A stretch of 64,000 bases of DNA from a virus (lineage: Duplodnaviria; Heunggongvirae; Uroviricota; Caudoviricetes). Under the pieces are notes generated by a model. The model did no database searches. It worked only from the letters and a program-made list of their open reading frames with translations, and was not told the DNA's origin. The stretch covers positions 68,337-132,336 of the IMG/VR virus record IMGVR_UViG_3300006467_000563; one strand, written 5' to 3'. This document shows, piece after piece, positions 43,663 to 54,200 of the stretch. The translations under genes were made by a program, and so were the position numbers. Numbering within the stretch: the stretch's first letter is position 1; every line of letters begins with the position of its first letter.

Positions 43663-46600
43663 ATCGGGATATATTCATCCCCGTCTTTTCTTACTTGTAC
43701 GAATACACCAGATGAAGCTGACAAACTTGGGTCACGATTAGTAACAGTAATCATATCACCTGTGTATTTGAATTCACCCACACGTGGGTCTTTTCTAAAC
43801 ACCTTCATTTTAGCTGTAGTTCCCTCATAAGGATAAACAGTCTCTCCTAATAACCCAGTACCCAGTTCGTACGCACTTAAATCTTCTTCTAAATATCCTT
43901 TGAGGACAACAGGGGAAGAATACCAAACTCCCCGCTCTTCATCAAATGTTAAATCTAAAGGCCCAACCTTCCAAGTATCTCTTCTTTGTTTATGGTTAAC
44001 AACATATCTATCAACATCGCTCTTTGTTCTTTGCGTGCTTTCATCATACCTGTTTGGGATTGGGAAGCCGAACGCGTCTCTACCATAACCGGCAATCATC
44101 AAAGGACCACGATGAGCCATAGCCCGATAATCATCACTACTAGTATCTGTTAGTCCGCCAGCAGGAAGACTAGAACCAGTAGTAAGAACTTGAATATCAT
44201 GGTCACCACGAAATGGGTCTGCTTCATTTCTGTAAACTACAACCTTAGTTGGTGCAGTATTCTCATTTACAGAACCAAAGAATGGAAACGCTGCGGGGTT
44301 ACTACTTCCATCTGGATAATAAGCATCTGTACTATATGCGGCATGAAATCCATCCATACTCATTACAGCTTTACTTTTATACTTAGATGGATTAATATCA
44401 TCCTGAACGGAGAAGTGACCAGTAGCAACAGATTGACTACTCGTGTTACTATTTGGGTTACTGTCATTCTGGGCTGTTACAACCGCATTTGTAGTATTCT
44501 TCTTTTTAGTTTTATGAGTTTCCTCTGGTACTTGATAATTACCGGGAATATATCTTGAAGAATGGTCGCTCGAACCAAGATAATCTCTCAATTTTCTTCT
44601 CGTCAACTGCTGTGTTTTGGCAATCCTTTGTAATGCAGCAGTTTGCGACTGTGTCACCCCCTGATTAGGTCTTGGGGTCCACGTACGCATATTGTAAACG
44701 GTCTCAAATCCTTGAGTTGTTTTAGTAATATTGATGTCTGTGATATATGGGCCACTAGCAATAAGCTGTGCACCCAGATTTCTGTTAGGAAGGTCTGGGA
44801 ATGTAATTGTACCAGTCTCATCTTCCATAAAATAACTGATAGCACTTGCAACGCGAGCAGTACCAACCAAATTCATAACTGCCTCACTACCAAAGTTCCA
44901 AGGAACCAAGTCTGTAGCATATTCAAAATCTACACGACCTGCAGCACCAGCAGCAGACCAAGGCCCATATGTTCTCAGATTATCCTTAAGAGGAACAATA
45001 GCCATATCTGGCAGAGTAGCAGCAGCAGCATATCCCCATGAGTAAGCACCAAGGGATGAGTTGCTTAAAATGCTATCGATATATTCTTGTGTAATGTTTG
45101 GGTTGGTTTTTTGTGCAACTTCTAATAACTCTTCTAGAACTCCAAGAAGAGTACTACGACTGTTTAAAGCATGCGTTCCAATAGTTCCCGGTAAGGTTAC
45201 AACAGCACGTGGAATATCATCACCAATGTTTACAACTTGGCCTACTACTACGTCTGCCAATATAAACATATCATTCCCACTGATAATCAATGAATCAGGA
45301 GAGAAGTCTGTAAAATCGTAGTTACGGTAATTTTTTACCCTCATCATAACCTTGATACGACCGTCATCTGTAGTATATCTATTGAAGTCTGATGGTAGAT
45401 ATCCACTATCAATCAATCCAGATAGAGTGTCACTATCTTCATCAATCCATCCTGCTGTCTCCGGCTCTTTTGTTAGTCTATATTCACCAGTTTCTGAGTC
45501 TTGGGTAGTACCAGCAGTAAATGAAAATGGTAGATTAACCATAAATTTTCTACCGTAATACTCTGTTGCATATTTACGAACAAACTCATATAATCTACCA
45601 ACAGAGTTATTCAATGTGTTACTGAATTGATTGAACTGTTCAATGTTAATTTGCTTAGCTGTTTTTGACATAATCTTGCCAACAGACGGGGTTTGGCCAT
45701 TTGAGAATAAGGCTACAACATTCTCATTAAGTCCACCACTTAGCCCGATTGTATCAGCACGTTTGTATTGTAACGTGCTAGGAACACCATTTCTGACCTG
45801 AAGAAAATGTTCCCAAGACTGTCTATCAGATAATGCAGCACGCATTTCAGCAACATCCATAGTATAAGTATCACCTACACCGAAAACATCTAGATGTCGA
45901 GTATCAACCGTAATTTTATGGTCATTACCAGTACCAGTTCCCAAAACAGCAGTGCCATTAGGATTAAACCCCCAAAAAGGCCAGATATTAGCAAGTGAGT
46001 CAATACCACTATTGTACTCTTGAAAATACATATCTATTCTTTGCCCGCCAACAACGAACTTACTTGTAACGTCGTTTCTTAACTCTTTACCGTTTTCTTT
46101 TGCCATAGCACCATTAACACTGGTTACAAAATCTTGGATAGCTGTAAAAGAAACTGGTTGAGTACTACGTGGAATTGTGCGTAATTTTATCGTATCAATA
46201 CCTGAAGAATTAATCATCTCCAAATAAAAATCGTAACCCGCATCACCACATACCTGCTGAATAAGCTCCAAGACTGTAATACTTGGACCAGCAATTCTAT
46301 AGTTGGCAGAAAAAATAGGAAGCTCGCTCAAATCAAGCCCAAACTGAATTATACCATTTGACGCATCATCTCCACGGAACTTAATAGGAGTTATAGTAGT
46401 AAGTAGAGTAAGATAATTCACTACATTGAATAGTGGCATACCTGATTCGTTCACATTAGAAGAACCAAATTGCTGTTGCTCTAAGTATCCATATACATTG
46501 TATAAGTTTGGAACAGTTACAGTACCTGCATAATCAGAAACAACAACTTGAACGCCGCCAAGAATCTCTCTAGCGTCTGTTAAACTGACGTCATATACGT

Positions 46601-46847
46601 AAAGGGCTCCTGTATTGCCAACCCTTTTCCAGTTTCTGATAATCCCGCCAAATGAGAAGTCTCCCCAAGTAAAATAAGCGGGACTACCATTTTTTACCAC
46701 CCCAGTTGCGAAGTCTGGAATTCTATCTCCGTTTGATTCATCTACAACAACACGTATAGATAACTCTGCACCACCATCGCCTCTCCTAATAGAAGAGTTG
46801 ATAGATTGTACTGAGGCTCCTAAAAAAGTTGCTCTTGTGTAAGCCAT
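43647..46847 (-). CDS. Putative tail tip/baseplate hub (Tal-like) protein
   Basis: 1066 aa after Dit-like gene; N-terminal FGGIIRNW...YDVSLTDAREIL and SVLELIQQVCGDAGYDFY hub-like pattern. Confidence 0.6.
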   Translation of the reverse strand: MAYTRATFLGASVQSINSSIRRGDGGAELSIRVVVDESNGDRIPDFATGVVKNGSPAYFTWGDFSFGGIIRNWKRVGNTGALYVYDVSLTDAREILGGVQVVVSDYAGTVTVPNLYNVYGYLEQQQFGSSNVNESGMPLFNVVNYLTLLTTITPIKFRGDDASNGIIQFGLDLSELPIFSANYRIAGPSITVLELIQQVCGDAGYDFYLEMINSSGIDTIKLRTIPRSTQPVSFTAIQDFVTSVNGAMAKENGKELRNDVTSKFVVGGQRIDMYFQEYNSGIDSLANIWPFWGFNPNGTAVLGTGTGNDHKITVDTRHLDVFGVGDTYTMDVAEMRAALSDRQSWEHFLQVRNGVPSTLQYKRADTIGLSGGLNENVVALFSNGQTPSVGKIMSKTAKQINIEQFNQFSNTLNNSVGRLYEFVRKYATEYYGRKFMVNLPFSFTAGTTQDSETGEYRLTKEPETAGWIDEDSDTLSGLIDSGYLPSDFNRYTTDDGRIKVMMRVKNYRNYDFTDFSPDSLIISGNDMFILADVVVGQVVNIGDDIPRAVVTLPGTIGTHALNSRSTLLGVLEELLEVAQKTNPNITQEYIDSILSNSSLGAYSWGYAAAATLPDMAIVPLKDNLRTYGPWSAAGAAGRVDFEYATDLVPWNFGSEAVMNLVGTARVASAISYFMEDETGTITFPDLPNRNLGAQLIASGPYITDINITKTTQGFETVYNMRTWTPRPNQGVTQSQTAALQRIAKTQQLTRRKLRDYLGSSDHSSRYIPGNYQVPEETHKTKKKNTTNAVVTAQNDSNPNSNTSSQSVATGHFSVQDDINPSKYKSKAVMSMDGFHAAYSTDAYYPDGSSNPAAFPFFGSVNENTAPTKVVVYRNEADPFRGDHDIQVLTTGSSLPAGGLTDTSSDDYRAMAHRGPLMIAGYGRDAFGFPIPNRYDESTQRTKSDVDRYVVNHKQRRDTWKVGPLDLTFDEERGVWYSSPVVLKGYLEEDLSAYELGTGLLGETVYPYEGTTAKMKVFRKDPRVGEFKYTGDMITVTNRDPSLSASSGVFVQVRKDGDEYIPIWVGC

Positions 46848-46863
46848 GTTCGTTCCTTAAATC

Positions 46864-48459
46864 CTAAGCGTTGATTTTTAAACCAGCACTAGTTGTGCTA
46901 GTATCATTTTCATATGTCCATTCTACTGAGTATGAATATCTACCAGTTAATGGATTCCAGTTGTCTGTTTGATTGCTGACAAAGCAGGTACTTAAATATG
47001 TGTTTGGGTTCGCAGCATCGACGATGTTTTGAATGTCAGCCATAGCAGCATTAGACGGACCAGTAAAACCAGTAATCAAATTGTCTGGCATACCAGATAC
47101 TGGGTCTAAAACTACCTCGATTGATAATCCACGTTTCAATGATTGGTATGTTCCAATATCTTGTAACTTTGGTCCTAATTCGCGGCCAATGATAGCCTGC
47201 TCAGCAAAAATGTTGACTCCCCAGTTGTTTGTAACTGCGATAACCTCGCTGCGAGAACCAGTAATAATATTACTTGGCCTATCATCATACTCATATGTGT
47301 AAGTGATAACTCCACTGGCTGGGTTTCTACCAACTGTGGCAGTGATAGGAATGGTATTTAGAACCGCAATGCCGCTATAGTTTTGTGCCCGTGTAATTAA
47401 TAAGCCTTGAATAGTAGACCAAGCTGCATCTGCATTTTCATAGCCTGTCACGGTATCACTAACAGAGTTTGCTGACCTCTCATACAAACCAGTAACAGTA
47501 CCTGATATACCAACTCGTTTTACTCCAGTATCACTAGCTTCTGTTGTAGTTACTGTGAATTGCTCAAGGTAGTTCTGGTTCGCAATAGTCCAAGACTCAG
47601 TCAGACTAAAAGTACCAGCAACCTCATCGTATGTAATACTTCTTGTATGGTTATACGGTGCACCGGGATTGTCTGGGGCATCTGGTGCACCTGCAGACGG
47701 GTCATAAGGTCCAGCACCAATAGGTAATAATGCCTGAGAAATGGCATCTGAACTATATCCAGCACGAGCAGTTACAAAGTCTCTAGCATTTTTCCATGCT
47801 GGCTGTGCAATACTACCGTCTGCTTCGAATGTTAATTGTCCAGTGGCATTGATTGTATGAGTTAGCGTATATGTTCTAGAGTCGTTATTTGATGGAGGAT
47901 TAGAACCTTCGCCAAGACTTAAAGATACACCCTGTGCTTGCTCATTTGATTGTAAAGACCAATTCTCAGATGCAGAAGTAATATTGAAATCAAAGACACC
48001 TAAGTCTTCCTCATTATCACCTACAAGACTACCACCAGATAATCTATTAGTAGTAACATTGATTGTGTAAGTTGCACGGTCGAACCATCTGCCCTCTGGG
48101 AAGTTAATTGACTCAATGATTGGATTACACTTAATAGGAGCAGTACCATCTGCTGACTGAAATTCTAACTCTAAACCATCAGTAGCGAATAGCTGTCTTA
48201 ACGCTTCAGTCTTTCTCTCAATAGAAGCAAGACGTGAATCAGCATCTACATCTTCATCATTAGGATATCCACCAGCAGCCCAAAAGGTTCCATCACTCAT
48301 TGGAGAACCTTTGTAGGCGAATAATGTTCCACTAATTGTTAAAGAGAATTTCGGTGAAATCTTTTGACCATCACCAGAACGTTGATACTCTTTATTGATT
48401 GTAACTAATGGGGCGGGAATAATCCGCTTACCATCATACATAACTCTTGTTTCTGCCAT
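46864..48459 (-). CDS. Putative distal tail/tube-fold protein with internal repeats
   Basis: Beta-rich; repeated G-x-(F/I/Y)-(S/T)-(L/Y) domain ends; position downstream of the tape measure. Confidence 0.5.
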   Translation of the reverse strand: MAETRVMYDGKRIIPAPLVTINKEYQRSGDGQKISPKFSLTISGTLFAYKGSPMSDGTFWAAGGYPNDEDVDADSRLASIERKTEALRQLFATDGLELEFQSADGTAPIKCNPIIESINFPEGRWFDRATYTINVTTNRLSGGSLVGDNEEDLGVFDFNITSASENWSLQSNEQAQGVSLSLGEGSNPPSNNDSRTYTLTHTINATGQLTFEADGSIAQPAWKNARDFVTARAGYSSDAISQALLPIGAGPYDPSAGAPDAPDNPGAPYNHTRSITYDEVAGTFSLTESWTIANQNYLEQFTVTTTEASDTGVKRVGISGTVTGLYERSANSVSDTVTGYENADAAWSTIQGLLITRAQNYSGIAVLNTIPITATVGRNPASGVITYTYEYDDRPSNIITGSRSEVIAVTNNWGVNIFAEQAIIGRELGPKLQDIGTYQSLKRGLSIEVVLDPVSGMPDNLITGFTGPSNAAMADIQNIVDAANPNTYLSTCFVSNQTDNWNPLTGRYSYSVEWTYENDTSTTSAGLKINA

Positions 48460-48461
48460 TA

Positions 48462-51239
48462 TTAGAATCCGTGTGTATAAAGTGTAATATTGCCACTATC
48501 ATCTACTGTTGACGATGGCATAAATAATGTAGTTGATTTAGTTTCAGATGGTACGCTATTGATAAATAGTGTAGTGTTGTCATCAGAACCACTTGCGACC
48601 ATCATATACATAGACATGCCACGCCAGTTATATTGCTGGTCTCTTTCGATATAAAGAGGCATATTACTATCAGACGGGTAAGCTCCTGCAGTAGTGCCGG
48701 GGGCAGAAATAAATAATGTTTTACTATCTGTCTCTTGCACAAAAGCATTTTGGATGTATAATGTGGTTGAGTCAGATAATGACTCTGCAACATTTTTGAT
48801 ATATAAAGGCATGTTAGAGGTGATATCTGCACTAGATGGAGAGTTAATAAATAACGGCATCTCAGCATCTAGTTCTCCAGAATTATCTGCCTTCATAAAT
48901 AGTGTAGTTACCTTTCGATGGGCAGACTCGGTAGCACCCCAAATGGATAAGTCATGTCCGCTTGTAACATCATCTCCAAAACCATTGATATACAACGGAA
49001 TATTATTATCATCTTGGAACACACCATGAATGAACAAGGTGTGATTACCAGAATCATTGGATAAACCATGTGTAAATAACGTTGTATTGTTATCGGACGT
49101 AACATGACCACCAGTAAATAATGGAGTTGTTTTTGGAACTATGCTATTCTGTAAAAACAGGTCAATTGTACTAGCATCATAAATACCACCAACTGTATGT
49201 AATGTTACTCCAGTTGGGCTAATGAATTCATGCCCTACTGTATTAAGGGTAATATTATCAGTAGGCATTTCAGCATAAGAGTGTAACGTCGTATCTGCTG
49301 GATAGTAACTATTCTGCAGGAATAATGTTGTAGAGTTTTCAGTGATAGATTGACCTTCTACATCAACATCTAATGCAAAAATTGATGCACTTAGGCTGGT
49401 TGAAGCAGCAACATAACGTGTATATCTAACAGAGATTCCTACATAGTCAATATTCATAGACCAAGGCTTGGAACCATTAGTAACAGCCTGAATCTTAACT
49501 CCAAAACCACTACTGTTAACAATTTCTGGTGTTAATGAGGCTCCCCAAACAGTACTAGAGCTTCTAAAGATATCAGTACCTATAGAACCTTCTTGTGGGG
49601 AAAAAGTTTGCTCGTCACTAATCTTAGTACCACTGTCGTCTGTTAACCAATAAGATACCGTAGCCTGCATATCTGCACCACCCGGCTCTTGAAAATAAGA
49701 CGAAGATACTTTCAGGTATACCTCAACAACCTGCTGGTCTGCAGCTAATGAGAAACCGAAGTTAGACAAATACAATGTTTCTGACTCTGCAGAAGCAGCA
49801 CCTACAGTACAATACAATCCATCTACAATAGTAGTATTATTCAAATCAGACCAAGGTTCTGTTCCGGGCGAAGCACTAGATACAGTAGATGCCGTGCGAT
49901 ATCCTTCTGAAATAAACTCAATATCGTCATAGCGAGTTTCAGAAAATATCTGTAGGTCTATGTATGTATTACTTAAATCATACTCATTCCAATCTGTCTG
50001 TTGTTGGCTAATATCATTTAGTGGGAAACTATATAAATTTGGTGTTTCACTGACGATACTAATCAAACTACCAGAACTAGTAATATTCGATGGAGATATA
50101 CTTGCAATTTCTAAACCATTGTTATCATACAAAGTTGTATATCTCTTATGTTGGATGGCTGGCAAAGGAAAAGTTGTGCCGCTCCCACTTGCATAAATAT
50201 CAGTAATATCATCTAATGTAAGTGCTCTTCCCCAGATTCCCCATTCATCAACAGACCCATCAAAGAATGACTCACTGACAGACATTGTTGAATTAGAGCT
50301 TACTACAGCAGCATTTCCACCAAGATACATGTCGTAGAAAACATACCCGATATCGTAGTTGCTGTAATATTCTTCTGTAAAATCTTCTGCATTGACACTA
50401 ATCTTTATCTTCCGTGTATTGATATCAAATACACATACAACAAATACCCATGTGTCTAATGGTATTACATCACTGTATACAGTTTGAACATTCTCACCAG
50501 TGAAAGCTCCTGTATCTGGACTAACAAACGAACGGTTAATTGCGAACTGCAGTCTACCATCATCTATCATTCTTAGCCAACTAGCGGTATGACATAAGCT
50601 GCCATCCCCAATTGCAAAAATCAGTGAGTTAGTATAAGAGTTAACCTTAATCCATCCACCGAAACTTTTATCAGAATCGAAACGATATGTCGCATTATCG
50701 CTGTTTGATATACTGCTGTAATAATAAGAATTACCAGCAAAATCTGCAGCATTACCAACCTTACCAGAAGAATGAGTAGGTGGAGTAGGTGAGAATGCAC
50801 TAGATAAAGAGCGACCGGGAGTTACTGAGTCTGTAACTACACCACCAGCACCGGAATCTAAATCCCAGTAATTTAGTAAGAAGTCTCCATCGCTATAAAA
50901 TGAACCAACTCCCCAGTCAGCAGAAGTTCCAAATATAGATGGTGATTTTGCCGCATAGAGGTTAAGTTGAATCCCACCACTCTCTGGACGTACCGCCATC
51001 TCACCAAGATTAATTCTTACTTTTTCATAGTAAGCCTTAATATTGTCATATTGAGTACCAGACTCATACACATCTTCAAAAAAACTATTCCCGGCAAGAT
51101 TTCTTTGTACGTAATCTGCCGTATCTGGGGAAGTAGTCCCTTCATTGATTGCGTCATACCTTGAGGAAGAACCACTATTTACGTCCCAATTAACTAACGT
51201 AACATCTGGAGCTACCGGATATAATTTTTGTACAGACAT
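48462..51239 (-). CDS. Virion protein with LamG/ConA-like domain and C-terminal 20x repeat
   Basis: LLNYWDLD...SFGGWIK...WVFVVCVFD...IKISVNA...FDGSVDEWGIWGRALT LamG pattern; repeated xxL(F/Y)(I/T)xG. Confidence 0.7.
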   Translation of the reverse strand: MSVQKLYPVAPDVTLVNWDVNSGSSSRYDAINEGTTSPDTADYVQRNLAGNSFFEDVYESGTQYDNIKAYYEKVRINLGEMAVRPESGGIQLNLYAAKSPSIFGTSADWGVGSFYSDGDFLLNYWDLDSGAGGVVTDSVTPGRSLSSAFSPTPPTHSSGKVGNAADFAGNSYYYSSISNSDNATYRFDSDKSFGGWIKVNSYTNSLIFAIGDGSLCHTASWLRMIDDGRLQFAINRSFVSPDTGAFTGENVQTVYSDVIPLDTWVFVVCVFDINTRKIKISVNAEDFTEEYYSNYDIGYVFYDMYLGGNAAVVSSNSTMSVSESFFDGSVDEWGIWGRALTLDDITDIYASGSGTTFPLPAIQHKRYTTLYDNNGLEIASISPSNITSSGSLISIVSETPNLYSFPLNDISQQQTDWNEYDLSNTYIDLQIFSETRYDDIEFISEGYRTASTVSSASPGTEPWSDLNNTTIVDGLYCTVGAASAESETLYLSNFGFSLAADQQVVEVYLKVSSSYFQEPGGADMQATVSYWLTDDSGTKISDEQTFSPQEGSIGTDIFRSSSTVWGASLTPEIVNSSGFGVKIQAVTNGSKPWSMNIDYVGISVRYTRYVAASTSLSASIFALDVDVEGQSITENSTTLFLQNSYYPADTTLHSYAEMPTDNITLNTVGHEFISPTGVTLHTVGGIYDASTIDLFLQNSIVPKTTPLFTGGHVTSDNNTTLFTHGLSNDSGNHTLFIHGVFQDDNNIPLYINGFGDDVTSGHDLSIWGATESAHRKVTTLFMKADNSGELDAEMPLFINSPSSADITSNMPLYIKNVAESLSDSTTLYIQNAFVQETDSKTLFISAPGTTAGAYPSDSNMPLYIERDQQYNWRGMSMYMMVASGSDDNTTLFINSVPSETKSTTLFMPSSTVDDSGNITLYTHGF

Positions 51240-54200
51240 TAAACTTTTCTTTCTGAAGAACTAGTACCAAGATTCATATCAGCAATTAACATCCCTGTTG
51301 AGTCATTTAATTTATCTTCAATCAATTTAGTGATTGCTGGCATCATATTAGCAAGTACTTCTGCACCATTAACAACTAAGTCAACAGATAGTCTACCTTC
51401 GTGACGAATTTCACTTGGCATCGCAGCCATCTTATCAGCAGCATCTAACATCCTGCTAGAAGCACTTTCCATCATAGATGCACCAGTAGTTAACCCTTCA
51501 CTATTAGCACTTTCTGGTTTATTGGAATCAAGGGCTTTAATAAATTGCTTGAAGAAGTCACTCTCAGTAAAACTAGTTCTTACACGAGATTGATTAGACC
51601 CCGGATAAGTCTTAGTACCAAAAATTGTATCACCAGTAAATTTACCATCAACCAACTTGTTAGCTTCAAACGGAGAAACAAACTTGTCAAATGCAGCAGA
51701 TTGTGCTTCAATCTTCTTATCTGAGAAACCTTGCTCTTTCAGATTATCTAAGAAGTTTTGCTTTATGACCGCACGACGTTCCTCACTCGCTCTCTGACCA
51801 ATCAGTCCACCGGGACCAGTAATGTCTGAGAAGAATGTATCAATGATTCCTTTTTCACCTGCTCTCTTTGATTCTCTTCCTCCTTTTAAGAATGTGTCAG
51901 CAGATTGTCCTGTATTATATGCAGAAATTAAACCAGAGTGTCTTGTTGCCAATGCAGCAGAATTCTCTGCTTCTGCCATCTTAGCAGCAGCAATCTGTTG
52001 GTTATTACGACGAAATACCCCTTCAATACCACCACCATTAAACTGAGAAAACTCAACAGGTGTTGATAGAGGTCCGGGCTGTCCGGGCTGTACTGGTTGT
52101 CCTACTGGACGATTATTAATCTGACGTAATTTTTCTAACCCTCGGTCAACTTGTGACTCTGTAATAGGCTTAGGCTTGAAAGCATTGCTCCCCGGATTAT
52201 CTTCTGGGTTAGCAAATGGATTGTTTCCAGCAGCATTTTGTCTTGCAGACTGAGCAGTACGAGCACTTTCTTCCATCTTATCACGGATATCTGTAAGTAA
52301 CTTCTCTGCTTTATCTCTTTGCTCGACAGCTTTTGCTGAATTCTTTTCAAGATTTTTATTCGCTTCAGGGTCAAACTCAGATAATTTTTTCTTATCCGAA
52401 GCACCAATATCTGTGATGTTTCTTAGTTGAGTTGGAGTAAACTTAGTATTTGCTCTAAGCCCAGATTGTAAAGAACCAATCTGTTTATCAACATCATTTA
52501 AGTTAGTATTAAGAGTGTTAGTTACAACTTGTTCTAAAGCAGCATAAAACTGGTCTGGTGTAATGTTGTCTCTACCACCTAACAGAGAATCAAACTGCTT
52601 ACCAATAATGCCAACTTGAGTTTGTGTAAAACCAGAAGAACTTAATTCATCTAGTAATGCTTTACGAACTGTAACAAACTCAACTGCATCGTTAATAGAA
52701 CCTCCAGCTTTATTGAATGCTCTACTAACAAATGTCTCTCTGAATGGATTACCACCGGGAGCTAAATCTGCTTGTATTCTTTTTAGACCTTTTTCTCTTA
52801 CCTCAAGCTCCTTGATTTGAGAAGTAGTCCCTAGAATACTACGTGCTTGTCCAAGTTGATTTTGATTAATACCTAAATTTTTAGCTAAGACCTCATTGCT
52901 TGCAAATTGTCCAGCTAGTTTTTCTACTCTATTATTAGCATTTTTAAGAGTGTTCTCAGCAGCAGCTTCTTCTGAACGTAAAAACGCTTGACGCATATCG
53001 TCCACAAATGAAGAGAACAGGCTATCAAGTTTTGCAATCATACGGTCTAATGCAGAAGTTGTGTTTTGTGCCAATGCCTCGTTTGCATCACGCATAACTT
53101 GGATTGCATCTACCAGTTTTTGCTCAGCAGTTTTTTCTGCCTGTCCGGGTTCTAAAAATCCTTTCAGGTTTGCTGGAGTGGCAGCTTTAAGAAGGTCTTT
53201 ACCTAAGTCTTCAAGTTTTACTCCTTTGAATATAGCATTTTGGTTAGCTTCAATAAAAGGTAATGCAGCTTGTGCTACAGCTTTAGGAGTAGCAGCTAGG
53301 TTACCTTCTTTTTGCAACTTAAGCACAATATTTAAAGCAGCGATTTGACGTGCAAGCTCATTTTGTTCTTTAGGCGTACCGAAAGCCAGAGTCTTCAGAG
53401 TTCCAGTCACTACCTGTCTCTGAGCCTGTTGTTTAGCTAATTCATCTTGAGCATTTTTTACATTGATTGTGCTATCAGCTAGGAACTTCAAAGCATTTGT
53501 TAGTCTAGTAACTTCTAGACCAGCATCTCTAAATTCTTGCTGTGCTTCTTGTAATCCTTCACCGCCTCCAACGTTTAGTTTGTCAAGCCTATCACTTGCT
53601 TTTCTGAATCTTTCTTGTGCACCACCGGGGCCAGTTAATCTAGATTGGATTCCTGCAACTGTACGGGGACCACCCTGAGTTAAGACACTTAATTTTTGGT
53701 CAAACTCAGTATTAGCCTCTTGTGGTGTTAATGGTCTTCTCAATTGAACTGAACGTTGCTGTTGACCTAATTCAATAGAACGAAATCTGAAGTTGTTAGA
53801 CTTATCAATTGCAGCTTGTAATTGTCCTAAACTTCCAGCAAGTACATTCTTTCTCTTAGCAAGTTCATCGCTAATATCAGCGAACGCTTTACCAAGAGTC
53901 TCTTCCATCGTAGAAGTTAATTTTTGAGCTGTACCAGCTAAGTCTTTACGAACTTCATTGATGATTGTAATATCCTTACCTTCATCACCGATGATTGCAC
54001 GTGCCTGTCCGATAATTAAATCTCTAGCAAAATCTGGAACATCTTTTAGGCTATCCTTTAAGCGTGATACAAAATCGCCACCTTGCCCAAGTGGGTCTTG
54101 GTCTCTTAATTTAGTCAAGATTGATGGCAAGTCTTGTGAAACCTTGGCACTACTTACAATTTCATCTGCTAGCCGAGTACCAGCTTCACCGAAAAGTCCT

